Assembly: GCA_047601445.1 (NCBI GenBank)
Contig: JASGJH010000001.1
Location: 4,800,001 to 4,864,000 of the forward strand
Reading direction: 5' to 3'
Origin: Myxococcales bacterium
Lineage (GTDB): Bacteria > Myxococcota_A > Polyangia > Polyangiales > DASUME01
DNA length: 64,000 nt
Each line of letters begins with the position of its first letter. Within the stretch, counting starts at the first letter, position 1. The translations under genes and the position numbers were made by a program. Shown piece by piece: positions 18,387-27,274 of the stretch. The notes beneath the pieces were generated by a model. It was not told the DNA's origin, did not search any database, and saw nothing but the letters and a program-made list of their open reading frames with translations.

Positions 18387-19889
18387 TCAACTCATCCATC
18401 CTCCGTCTCCCTCCGCCCACTTGGTGGTCACCTTCTTCAGCTGGCTCCAGAACTCCACTCCGCCGGCGCCCGTGATGTCGCCGTGACCGAAGCGAGAAGT
18501 CTTGGTGCCGCCGAATGAGAAAGGTTCGCGGGGAACGGGGACGCCGACATTGACGCCGATCATACCGCTCGTGCTGCGCTCGCTGACGAAGCGCGCCGCG
18601 GCGCCGCTTTGTGTGAAGACGCTGGTCGCGTTGCCGTAGGGGCTTTCGTGTTCGAAGGCCAACGCCTCCTCCAGATTTTTCACGCGCACGATGCTCAGGA
18701 CCGGCCCGAATAGCTCTTCGCGCGCGCAGTACGTGTAGGGTCCCACGCGATCCAGGACGGTAGGCGCGAGCCAGTGACCTCCTGCGCAGGCTTCGGGGGT
18801 GGTGGGCTTACGTCCGTCGAGTCGTAGCTCCCCGCCCTCCGCGACGCCGCGCGCGATGGCCTCCTCCAGGCGCGCCAGGGCGCTCCCTTCGATGATGGCG
18901 CCCATCTCGGAGCCGAGCACGATGCCGCGCGCCTTCTCCACCACCGCATCCACCACGGCCTCGCAGTCGCCTACCGCGACCAGCACACTGCCGGCCATGC
19001 AGCGCTGCCCCGCGCAGCCGGTGAACGAGTTGACGATGCCTTGCACCGCCAGGTTGGGGTCGGCGTCCGGCAGCAAGATCATGGTGTTCTTAGCGCCGCC
19101 GAGCGCCAGCACGCGCTTGCCGGCCTGCGCCGCCCGCGCGTAGACCGCACTGGCAACCTTGGACGATCCGACGAAGCCGTAGGCGCGCACCTGGGGATGC
19201 GCGAGCAGCGCGTCCACCGTTGGAGCACGCCCGTGGACCACCGAGAATACACCCTTGGGATAGCCCGCCTGCACCATCAGCTCGCCGAGCATGCAGGCCG
19301 TGAGCGGCACCTTCTCGCTGGGCTTCAAGATGAACGCGTTGCCGAGCGTGACCGCGATGGGAAACATCCAGAGTGGGACCATGGCCGGAAAATTGAACGG
19401 CGTGATGCCGCACACCACGCCCAGGGGCTCGCGGCGCGCCTCGCAGCGAATCCCTGGCGACACTTCGAGGCTTCCGCCTGCGTCCAGGTTTTGCAAGCTC
19501 AGTGCGTACTCGGTGACTTCGAGTCCCTTGAGCACGCCGGCACGCGCCTCCTCCACGGTCTTGCCGCACTCGCGGGCCGCGCTGTGAGCGAGCTCGGTGA
19601 GCCGAGCCTGGAGCAGGGCGCGGAAGCGAAACAGGGGCTCCGTGCGCTGCTTGATCGATTGCCGCGCCCAGCCGAGTTGTGCAGCTGCCGCGCTGCGCAC
19701 CGCCTCCCGGACTCCCGAATTGTCCGTATCGGGCACGCTGCCGAGGAGCTCCCCAGTGTAAGGACTGCGCACTTCGACGCGCGGTAGGCCCTCGCACACG
19801 TCGAATTCGCCGGCCACCAGGTTTCCGGCGACAAGCGGGGCCTCGGGCATCGAGACGAATGGATGGTTGTTGGGCGAGCGCGGCGACAT
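18387..19889 (-). CDS. mmsA: CoA-acylating (methyl)malonate-semialdehyde dehydrogenase
   Basis: GITPFNFPAMVPLWMFP, LKPSEKVP, ALGGAKN, GCAGQRCMAGS, EELFGPV, GMIGVNVGVPVP, FSFGGTK. Confidence 0.88.
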   Translation of the reverse strand: MSPRSPNNHPFVSMPEAPLVAGNLVAGEFDVCEGLPRVEVRSPYTGELLGSVPDTDNSGVREAVRSAAAAQLGWARQSIKQRTEPLFRFRALLQARLTELAHSAARECGKTVEEARAGVLKGLEVTEYALSLQNLDAGGSLEVSPGIRCEARREPLGVVCGITPFNFPAMVPLWMFPIAVTLGNAFILKPSEKVPLTACMLGELMVQAGYPKGVFSVVHGRAPTVDALLAHPQVRAYGFVGSSKVASAVYARAAQAGKRVLALGGAKNTMILLPDADPNLAVQGIVNSFTGCAGQRCMAGSVLVAVGDCEAVVDAVVEKARGIVLGSEMGAIIEGSALARLEEAIARGVAEGGELRLDGRKPTTPEACAGGHWLAPTVLDRVGPYTYCAREELFGPVLSIVRVKNLEEALAFEHESPYGNATSVFTQSGAAARFVSERSTSGMIGVNVGVPVPREPFSFGGTKTSRFGHGDITGAGGVEFWSQLKKVTTKWAEGDGGWMS

Positions 19890-19955
19890 ACGAAGAGGCT
19901 AACATCGAATGGAACTTTCTGTGCGCTTCGCAGGTGGTTACACTGGCCGTCTCGA

Positions 19956-21191
19956 ATGCTCCGCGGTGCCTTCCCTCTCATCCTCGTCAGCGCGCTAGCC
20001 TCCGCTTGTTCCGACGCGCCGTCGGACCCGCACGACGAGCAGCCAGACGCGGGCCCCGCCGACGACGCCGGCCCCGACGATGCGGGCTCGGACGCAGCGC
20101 TCGGCCCAGTACCCATGGTGGGTGCGGACTACGCGAGCTTCGACGCGCTGTCGGTCTCCGACGCGGGCGTGCTCGAGCTATCGTTCCCGCTCCCCGCTGA
20201 CGCGCGCTCGTTCGTGATCACGGCCAGCGCCGATCAGCGTGGCTACCTGCTGCTCCTGGATCTCCAGCACGCCGATGGTCGTGTCCTGTTCGATCGCAAG
20301 ACCAAGGACGCGGGCCCGTTTCGTCCAGCGCTGAGTGAAAACCTCGAGCTGTGGGCGCCGCTGTCGGTGCTGTACCCGAGTGCGCCTTCCGATTCCGCCC
20401 TGGGCGCGGGTCGCTATCGCGTACGATTGGGCTTCGTGCCGGAGAGTGGCGGGGGCGCGGCCGCAAACCTGCGCGTCGACGTGGTGTGGCAGACGCGCAG
20501 CGCGCCCACCAGCTTGCCCCTCAACATCTGGTTGGCTCGGGGCTCCAGCGAGACGGCGGAGAGTTTGATCGCCAATAGCTTGTACCTCGATGCCTTCGAT
20601 CGACTGCGCACCATCTTCGAGCCAGTGGGCGTGGCTTTGGAGCCCTTGCAGGCCTTCGACCTGGGCGCCGAAGGCAGCGACCTCTCCCAGATCGAGAGCG
20701 ACGACGACTTGGTCGATCTGCTCGCGGCGTTGGAGCAGGAGCCCGCAGGAGGACTCGACGTGATCCTGGTCGACCGCATCGTGACCACCGGCAAGACGGT
20801 GCGCGGCAAGAGTACGGGCATCCCCGGCCCCCCCGCCCATCCAGCGCTCACGCGGCGCGGTGCCGTGGTGCTCTCGCTCGAGGATCTGCCGCGCGATCCA
20901 TTGCGCATCGCGGAGGCCATGGCCCACGAAGCAACGCACTATCTGGGGCTGCGCCATACCACGGAGTTGGACGCCGCCGAGCACGACCCGCTCGCTGACA
21001 CACCCGAGTGCCCCATCGCGCTGGCCAGCTACAAGACCACCTCGGGTGACCTCCTCTTGAGCCCTGCCGACTGCGCGGACTACGACGGCACGAACCTGCA
21101 ATTCCCGATGCCGCCCTTCGACGACAAGCCCCAACACGACCTGACGCCCGATCAGATCTCGGTGCTGCGCGGCTCACCGCTCCTGCGCTGA
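19956..21191 (+). CDS. Lipoprotein metzincin-type zinc metallopeptidase
   Basis: Lipobox ASAC; AHEATHYLGLRH (HExxHxxGxxH). Confidence 0.75.
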   Translation: MLRGAFPLILVSALASACSDAPSDPHDEQPDAGPADDAGPDDAGSDAALGPVPMVGADYASFDALSVSDAGVLELSFPLPADARSFVITASADQRGYLLLLDLQHADGRVLFDRKTKDAGPFRPALSENLELWAPLSVLYPSAPSDSALGAGRYRVRLGFVPESGGGAAANLRVDVVWQTRSAPTSLPLNIWLARGSSETAESLIANSLYLDAFDRLRTIFEPVGVALEPLQAFDLGAEGSDLSQIESDDDLVDLLAALEQEPAGGLDVILVDRIVTTGKTVRGKSTGIPGPPAHPALTRRGAVVLSLEDLPRDPLRIAEAMAHEATHYLGLRHTTELDAAEHDPLADTPECPIALASYKTTSGDLLLSPADCADYDGTNLQFPMPPFDDKPQHDLTPDQISVLRGSPLLR

Positions 21192-21194
21192 GCT

Positions 21195-21230
21195 AAACGA
21201 AAAAGGCCACCCTCGTCGGTGGCCTTCTTC
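21195..21230. terminator. Intrinsic terminator between convergent genes (strongest U-tract on - strand)
   Basis: Stem AAGGCCACC / GGTGGCCTT with 6-nt loop, flanked by an A-run and CTTC. Confidence 0.75.
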
Positions 21231-21252
21231 GATGCTCGCCTACACGCTCAGC

Positions 21253-23109
21253 TCAACGGCAGGCGTACTCCCCGGCCGGCAGCGCTCCGTCGTCGCACAA
21301 GAAGGTCTCGTGGCGCAGCGTGCACGCGCCATTGGTGAGGCAGTCCAGGTCGCCGTAGCGCGCCTGGCAGGCCTCGCCGACGCGAGACTGCTTGCGACAG
21401 GTACCGGTGTGCATGTCATCTCCGAAGGCGCAGAAAAGACCGGCGGCACACACGTTGAGCGTACTGCTCTCGGTGTCGCAGGCTCCGTTCTCTGCGATGG
21501 GCGCGGCACAGGACGAGCCGGCGTTCGGGGTGTTGCTGCGGCACCAGCCGTGTGCGCACTCCACGGTGGCCGTACAGCTCGCACTGTCGGCCTTCTTGTC
21601 CGCGCAGGTGCCGGCGTTGCAGAACTTGCTGGCGCAGCTCGCGTGCACGCCCACCGGGCACGCCTGCGTGGTGGCGATCTCGGGTTCGCAGCGGCTGCCG
21701 GGCGTGGTGTCGGCACAATAGGAGCCCGCGGCGCAGGCCTTGCTGAAGCTGCAAGCAGGCGCGCACTTTGAGTTGCGATCACACCAGCCGCTCGTGCACT
21801 CGTTGGTGGCGAGCCCGGGCAGCGCACAAGCTGCACCGTCGGACTTCAAGCTAGCAGCGCACAGGTTGGTACCCTCGGTGCAGGTCCCGCTCGCGCAGTT
21901 GGTCTCCACCGCGATCCCCACGGTGTTGCGCAGACAGGCTTGGCCGTCGGCGGTGGGCGGCGTGCAGAGGCCGTAGAAGGTCACGCTTTGCTGGGCCAAC
22001 TTGTGCAAGGGCTCGCTGGCCAGACCGTTGCACACGAGGCCCGTTCCGCACTGGCTGTTGCGCGTGCAGTAAGCACCCGCCGCACAGCTGGCTCGCACGC
22101 ACTTGTTGCTCGTGGGGTCGCACGAGAAGCCGTCCTCGCAGTCCACCAGCGTCACCGCGCCCGTGCCGAATCCGCTCGAGCCCGACGAGAAGGGCCGCAC
22201 GTCCACGAAGGTAGGATCGATGAATGCACAGGCCTCCCCCTCCTTCGCCCGCAGCTTGCAAGTGCCGCTCGTGAATTCGCAGTAGAGCTCGTCACACTCG
22301 CTCTGCTGGGTGCAGCGATCGCCCGCCTTGGCCTTGGCCGAGCATACGCCGGCGCTCTGGCCGAAGATCAGAGAGCTCGTCTGTCGACAGGCCAGTCCCT
22401 CGCCACACTCGGGAACCTTGGGTCCGTTGATGGCGTTGTAGGGGTCGCAGGTGTCGCCTGCGCGCTCGAGGCCCTTGAGCAGCTTGGCGGGACTGCACGG
22501 ATCGGTGGTGGGCGCCGCACAGCTCGCGGCGGCCACGGGCGCACCCGGACACTGGATGGCCTGGATGGACGCGGCGCAGGCATTGACACCTTCGGGGTTG
22601 ATGGCGACCTGGAAGTCGGTGTCGTTGAGCGCGCGGACCGCATCGAGCACTCGCAGCACATACTGGCCGAACAGGCCCGAAGAGTTGATCAAGCCACGGT
22701 TGAGCAGATCACCGAAGGCGCTCACGCAGTCGGCCTCGCTCTTGACCGCGGGGCCGTAGATCCAGTTGAGCTCTCCCGCATCGCAACACTTGATCTCGTT
22801 GGCACACAGGGCCGCGATGACCGGCTGCATGCCTTGCTCTGCGAGGTCCACGCCATCGGGCACGCACAGCTCCCCGACGCTGCATGAGCTGTCTGGCTTG
22901 GGCGCCTCGAGCACGTCGAGGCGTGCGTCGGTGTCCATCCCCAGCTTGTCGAGATCGCCCCGCAGGCGCGCGATGTCGTCGTCGTAGTTCTCTGGCGTGC
23001 CGCCGTCAGGATTTAGCGTGCCCTTGCCGTCGTGACCGTTGTCGTCGTCACAGGCGGAAAGCCCGAGCGAGAGGGCGACCCCCAGGCTCAACCATGCGAA
23101 GCGCTTCAT
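21253..23109 (-). CDS. Cysteine-rich repeat lipoprotein (paralog A)
   Basis: MKRFAWLSLGVALSLGLSAC-DDD lipobox; short coiled-coil segment; many GxxC/CxxGxxC modules. Confidence 0.8.
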   Translation of the reverse strand: MKRFAWLSLGVALSLGLSACDDDNGHDGKGTLNPDGGTPENYDDDIARLRGDLDKLGMDTDARLDVLEAPKPDSSCSVGELCVPDGVDLAEQGMQPVIAALCANEIKCCDAGELNWIYGPAVKSEADCVSAFGDLLNRGLINSSGLFGQYVLRVLDAVRALNDTDFQVAINPEGVNACAASIQAIQCPGAPVAAASCAAPTTDPCSPAKLLKGLERAGDTCDPYNAINGPKVPECGEGLACRQTSSLIFGQSAGVCSAKAKAGDRCTQQSECDELYCEFTSGTCKLRAKEGEACAFIDPTFVDVRPFSSGSSGFGTGAVTLVDCEDGFSCDPTSNKCVRASCAAGAYCTRNSQCGTGLVCNGLASEPLHKLAQQSVTFYGLCTPPTADGQACLRNTVGIAVETNCASGTCTEGTNLCAASLKSDGAACALPGLATNECTSGWCDRNSKCAPACSFSKACAAGSYCADTTPGSRCEPEIATTQACPVGVHASCASKFCNAGTCADKKADSASCTATVECAHGWCRSNTPNAGSSCAAPIAENGACDTESSTLNVCAAGLFCAFGDDMHTGTCRKQSRVGEACQARYGDLDCLTNGACTLRHETFLCDDGALPAGEYACR

Positions 23110-23173
23110 GCATGTCCCCTTTGAAGAGGGCGCAGCCCGGCCGTCCGATCCGGTACGGCGGTCACCCCCGCGC

Positions 23174-23221
23174 CAAGGCTACGCATGGGGATCGTCGTGT
23201 CCACACCAAATCGCGGTCGCG
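23174..23221 (-). promoter_or_regulatory. Conserved upstream motif of paralog A (putative promoter)
   Basis: Ungapped 48-nt match to 25578-25625; - strand CGCGACC...GG.GTG-N8-GATC-N6-CGTAGCCTTG. Confidence 0.55.
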
Positions 23222-23235
23222 TGGGCGCGAGCTCC

Positions 23236-23269
23236 AAAAGCAAAAGGGCCACCCTGGTGGGCGGCCCTT
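23236..23269 (-). terminator. Intrinsic terminator of paralog B
   Basis: - strand AAGGGCCGCCC-ACCA-GGGTGGCCCTT followed by TTGCTTTT. Confidence 0.75.
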
Positions 23270-23312
23270 CGAGTCAAGGCACTGCGCCTAGCGCGTCAAC
23301 CGCGCGAGGACG

Positions 23313-25457
23313 TCAGAGCAGCTGGTCGGCGTGGCAGAACACCTTGTCCTCGGGCAACGAGTTCAGGTCACACAGGAAGGACTCGTGCTGGAGGGTGCAA
23401 CTTCCGCCCACGCAGTCGTTGCCTTCGAAGCGCGGCTCGCAGGTGTCGCCGGCGGCGCCGCGCTTCTTGCAGGTGCCCGCGTCGGTGTTCACCACGGTGG
23501 CGCAGTAGGAGTCCGCGCCGCAATGGTCGGGGGTCGCTCCGGCGACAGTGCAGGCCGCGCCGTCGGCCACGGGTTCCTTGCAGAGGGTGTTGCCGCTGTT
23601 GCGGCACCAGCCCTTTTCGCACTGGCCGTCGCTGCCGCAGTACACGCCCGCGGGCAGGTTCTTGGGAGTGCCGTTACCCTCGTAGCAACGCTTGACGGTG
23701 CCGGAGAGCGCGCCGTCGACGTCCCAGCAAACCCGGGTGTCCGTCGGGCCGCAGGCATCCGCAGCGGCGCACGTGTCGCCGATGGCGGGCTGTGCGGTGC
23801 AGGTGGTGCCCTTGCAGAACTGACCGTCGGGGCAGGCAGCGTGCTGGTTCGCGGTGCAGGTGCCGCCGGGGCCGACCTTGGCCGTGCACTGGTTACTGCC
23901 ATTGCAGTAGCCGCTGGTGCAGCTCTTGTTGTTGTAGTGGGCGTCGAACACGTAGGAGCTCGTGTTGCAGGTGAGGCCGTTGGCGATCTGCGGCTCGCAG
24001 AAGCCGACCGAGGCGTTGGTGGGCGCGCAGTAGGTACCCGCGCCGCAGCTGCGACAGTCGCTGCCCGTGCAGTTCATGTCACAGGCCGGCGAGCACTTGA
24101 GGTCCGTGCCGCAATGGCCGCTCGCGCAGTCGCCGGGGACGGCGCAGGTGGCACCGTCGGCGGCCAGCGGAGGCAAGCAGGTGCCCGAGCAGCGCTTGCT
24201 CGCGCAGTCGTTCTCGGCGCCGAACACGTGACACACGCCGGAATCGGCGACCGTCGCTCCGCACACGCCGATGTTGGCGTAGTTTCCGCCTTGGCCCTGG
24301 AGCGCCTTCATCGCGTCGTTCTGGCCGTGGAGACAGGCGGTGCCGGTGGGGCAGTCACTGTTGGCGAAGCAGTACGAGCCGGTGTCGCAGTAGATCTTGG
24401 TGCAGGTATTGGTGAGCGGATCGCAGCTCAGCTCCGTCTCGCAGTCGAGCTTGGTCACCTGGCTGTTGGCATAGCCGATCAACGGGCGGATCCACTCGTT
24501 GACCCCGGTGGTCAGCCACGTGTACCTGATGTCCGGGCGGACGTACTGGAACGTGGGGTCCACGTAGACGCAAGCTTCGCCTTCCTTGGCCCGCGCCGCG
24601 CACTTGCCGGCCGCGAAGTCGCAAAACAGGTCGTCGCAGTCCTCGTCGTCGGTGCAACGGTCTCCCACGGCCGCCTTGGCCGCACACAGGCCGGGCTGGG
24701 CGCCGGTCCCGAGGTCACGACGACAGACGAGGCCGTCGCCACACTCGGTGATCTCTGTCTCGGGATCGCAGGTGTCGCCCTCGCGCTCGAGCCCCTTCAC
24801 GAGGCTCTCCAGCGAACAGGGGTCCTGGGCATCGATGTTGGGCTTGCAGCTAGCGGGTCCCTTGACGGCCTCGCCGGCGCCCGGACATGCCTTGGCCTTG
24901 ATGGAGGCTGCGCAGGCGGTGACCGCGTCGGTGTTGATCGAGATGTGGACGTCGGTGTTGTTGAGCGCGTGGGCGATCATCACCACTTCGTCGAGGTACG
25001 GCGAGAACATCTCGTTGGACTCGCGGATACCGTTGTTGACGAGGTCGTTGAAAGAGGCCTCGCAGTCGGCCGCGCTCTTGATGGCGGGTCCGTACAACCA
25101 GTTGAGCTCACCGGCGCTGCAGCAGGTGGTCTCGCGGGCACACAGCTCCGTGATGATGGGCTTGAGGCCTTCGCGCGAAAGGTTCACGCCGTCGGGGATA
25201 CACAGCTCCCCGGCGCTGCACGACTTGGGGTCCTTCGGCATCTCGAGCACGTCGAGCCGGCCGTCGAGCCCCGTCTGGTCCATGCCGAGCTTGTTGATGT
25301 CGTTCTGCAGATTGCGGAGCTGATCGGACAGATCGCCACCGCCGTCGACTCCACCGTCGCCGACATCACCGGGCATCCCCTTCTTGTTGTCGTCGTCGCA
25401 GGCCGCGATCACCAGAGACAGGCCGAGCCCGAGGGTCAACCAGTTATGACGCTTCAT
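23313..25457 (-). CDS. Cysteine-rich repeat lipoprotein (paralog B)
   Basis: MKRHNWLTLGLGLSLVIAAC-DDD lipobox; shares DKL/NKL-GMD, RLDVLE.PK, SCS.GELC.PDGV, ELNW.YGPA, CTL.HE.FLCD with paralog A. Confidence 0.8.
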   Translation of the reverse strand: MKRHNWLTLGLGLSLVIAACDDDNKKGMPGDVGDGGVDGGGDLSDQLRNLQNDINKLGMDQTGLDGRLDVLEMPKDPKSCSAGELCIPDGVNLSREGLKPIITELCARETTCCSAGELNWLYGPAIKSAADCEASFNDLVNNGIRESNEMFSPYLDEVVMIAHALNNTDVHISINTDAVTACAASIKAKACPGAGEAVKGPASCKPNIDAQDPCSLESLVKGLEREGDTCDPETEITECGDGLVCRRDLGTGAQPGLCAAKAAVGDRCTDDEDCDDLFCDFAAGKCAARAKEGEACVYVDPTFQYVRPDIRYTWLTTGVNEWIRPLIGYANSQVTKLDCETELSCDPLTNTCTKIYCDTGSYCFANSDCPTGTACLHGQNDAMKALQGQGGNYANIGVCGATVADSGVCHVFGAENDCASKRCSGTCLPPLAADGATCAVPGDCASGHCGTDLKCSPACDMNCTGSDCRSCGAGTYCAPTNASVGFCEPQIANGLTCNTSSYVFDAHYNNKSCTSGYCNGSNQCTAKVGPGGTCTANQHAACPDGQFCKGTTCTAQPAIGDTCAAADACGPTDTRVCWDVDGALSGTVKRCYEGNGTPKNLPAGVYCGSDGQCEKGWCRNSGNTLCKEPVADGAACTVAGATPDHCGADSYCATVVNTDAGTCKKRGAAGDTCEPRFEGNDCVGGSCTLQHESFLCDLNSLPEDKVFCHADQLL

Positions 25458-25577
25458 TCGCAGTGTCCCTTTCCCGAAACCCAAGACCGCGCGGAACCGT
25501 GCGCGGGGCAAACTGGACGCACGAAGGCCCCTCGCTCACGCCCCTGGCGCAGCTTGGTCCCCCCGAAAATCCACCCA

Positions 25578-25625
25578 CAAGGCTACGTGTACCGATCCGC
25601 AAAATCACTCCCAAAAGAGGTCGCG
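25578..25625 (-). promoter_or_regulatory. Conserved upstream motif of paralog B (putative promoter)
   Basis: Ungapped 48-nt match to 23174-23221; overlaps inverted repeat AAAAGAGG-N12-CCTCTTTT (25613-25640). Confidence 0.55.
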
Positions 25626-25824
25626 CAGAGGTCCTCTTTTTCGAACCCGAGGGCGGCTATGCATGCTGGATCACAACTCAAATGGGGTTCTTGAGGGACG
25701 CCGTGGGAGAGGTGGGTTTTGTGACCCGATTGCCCTCGATTTGATGTACCGTGGTGGCTCCGCCAGTCAGTCCCGCCCGCCATCCCAAGCGGCCGTCGGC
25801 TGATTCGCGACCGGTGGCGAAGAG

Positions 25825-26430
25825 ATGGGCATCGTGCGTGACAAAACCCCGGCCTCGCTCCCATTCACCTTCAAGGGAGTGAGCTCCGCGCGGGTGAGCT
25901 CCCCGGGCGCCGCCCAAAGCGGCGTCACGGCCCAGGCGATCTTTCGCGAACATGCGGCGTTCGTTCTGCGTGTCGTACGGCGACTCGGGGTGCCCCCTCG
26001 GGACGTCGAGGACGTGGCGCAGGAGGTTTTCGTGGTGGTGCATCGCAAGCTCGAGACCTTTACAGGGGAGAGCTCCGTTCGCACCTGGCTGTTCGGCATC
26101 GCCAGCCGCGTGGCCTCCGACCACCGTCGTCGGGCCTACGTGAAGCGCGAGAGCCTGGAGGCGGAGCCGCCCTCGGAGAGCTTCGACGCCCCCCAGGCGA
26201 AACAGCTGCACGACCGCGAATTGCGAAGAAATTTGGACCACGCCCTCGACCAACTGGACGATGCCAAGCGCGCCGTGTTCGTGCTCTACGAAATGGAGGG
26301 CGTGCCGATGACCGAAATCGCCGAGAGCCTCGGTTGTCCCCTGCCCACGGCCTATTCGCGTTTGCGTGAGGCACGCGAGCGCATTCGCAGCCACTTCGCC
26401 CGGGTCTATCCGCGCGAGGAGAACCCGTGA
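25825..26430 (+). CDS. ECF-family RNA polymerase sigma factor (start uncertain)
   Basis: VEDVAQEVFVVVHRK, SSVRTWLFGIA (region 2), RAVFVLYEMEG...EIAESLG...TAYSRL (region 4). Confidence 0.9.
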   Translation: MGIVRDKTPASLPFTFKGVSSARVSSPGAAQSGVTAQAIFREHAAFVLRVVRRLGVPPRDVEDVAQEVFVVVHRKLETFTGESSVRTWLFGIASRVASDHRRRAYVKRESLEAEPPSESFDAPQAKQLHDRELRRNLDHALDQLDDAKRAVFVLYEMEGVPMTEIAESLGCPLPTAYSRLREARERIRSHFARVYPREENP

Positions 26431-27215
26431 AACACGCAGACTTACGCAGCCCCGATTGGCTGGGCGCCGACGACCCCATGCCGCTCGAAGTCCTGGACGC
26501 GATCCGCGTGGCCGACCGGGAAGACGGCACCGCGGCGCAGGTGGCGAGCCTCGAAGCGCGGCTAGCCCCGATCTTCCAGGTCCCCCAGAGCAGCCCGGGG
26601 ACCCCGGTCCAAGCGGGGGCGGGCACGGGCGGCTCGTTGAGCGCGCTCAAGTTGCTGGGCGTGAGCGCGGCGCTGGTGGGCTTCGCAGCCCTGGTTTGGC
26701 CGTCACGCGAAGCCGTGCATCCGCCCGCCGCCGTGCCAACGGCCAAGTTGGTGCCGATCGTCCCCGCGCCTGCTCCGTCGATCGAGAGCGCTTCCCCGGT
26801 GACCCCGCAGGTCGCCCAAATCGCGGCGGTCGAAATGGACCAGGCCCCCACCTCACCGGCTGGCGACCCCGCACCCGTGGCGGAGAGCAACGCGAGCCGA
26901 CGTGGCGCCAGGCCAGCTTCCGCTGCCAGTGAGCAGTCCCCGAGCCAGAAAAATACCCTGGCCCTCGAAGCGCGACTCTTGAGCCGCGCCCGCCAGGTGC
27001 TGGAGAACGACCCCGCCCTCGCGCTGAAGCTGGCGGAGCGCCACCTAGCGCGCTTTCCGGCGGGTGTGCTCAGCGAAGAGCGCGAGGCCATCGCGATCAA
27101 GGCACTGCGCCGGGCCGGAAACGAAGGCGCGGCGGCCCAGCGTCAGGCGCGATTCTTGACCCGCTATCCGGAGTCGCCCCACGCGCACAGCTTGAGCGCC
27201 GGCGCGCGGCCCTGA
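26427..27215 (+). CDS. Putative membrane anti-sigma factor with Pro-rich linker and C-terminal TPR-like domain
   Basis: GTGA overlap with sigma gene; single TM (LLGVSAALVGFAALVW); LALEARLLSRAR...RFPAGVLSEEREAIAIKAL...FLTRYPESPH. Confidence 0.65.
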   Translation: MKHADLRSPDWLGADDPMPLEVLDAIRVADREDGTAAQVASLEARLAPIFQVPQSSPGTPVQAGAGTGGSLSALKLLGVSAALVGFAALVWPSREAVHPPAAVPTAKLVPIVPAPAPSIESASPVTPQVAQIAAVEMDQAPTSPAGDPAPVAESNASRRGARPASAASEQSPSQKNTLALEARLLSRARQVLENDPALALKLAERHLARFPAGVLSEEREAIAIKALRRAGNEGAAAQRQARFLTRYPESPHAHSLSAGARP

Positions 27216-27274
27216 GGGGGTCCCTCATTCCTGCGCGCGCCAGCATCGCGGCTTGCCGTCGCCTCGCGGCTTGG

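Noticed and set aside
23331..25694. 787-aa + strand ORF and similar long shadow ORFs (e.g. 36104-37957, 45655-47475, 60082-61716)
   Set aside because: Antisense or off-frame shadows of well-supported genes, expected in high-GC DNA
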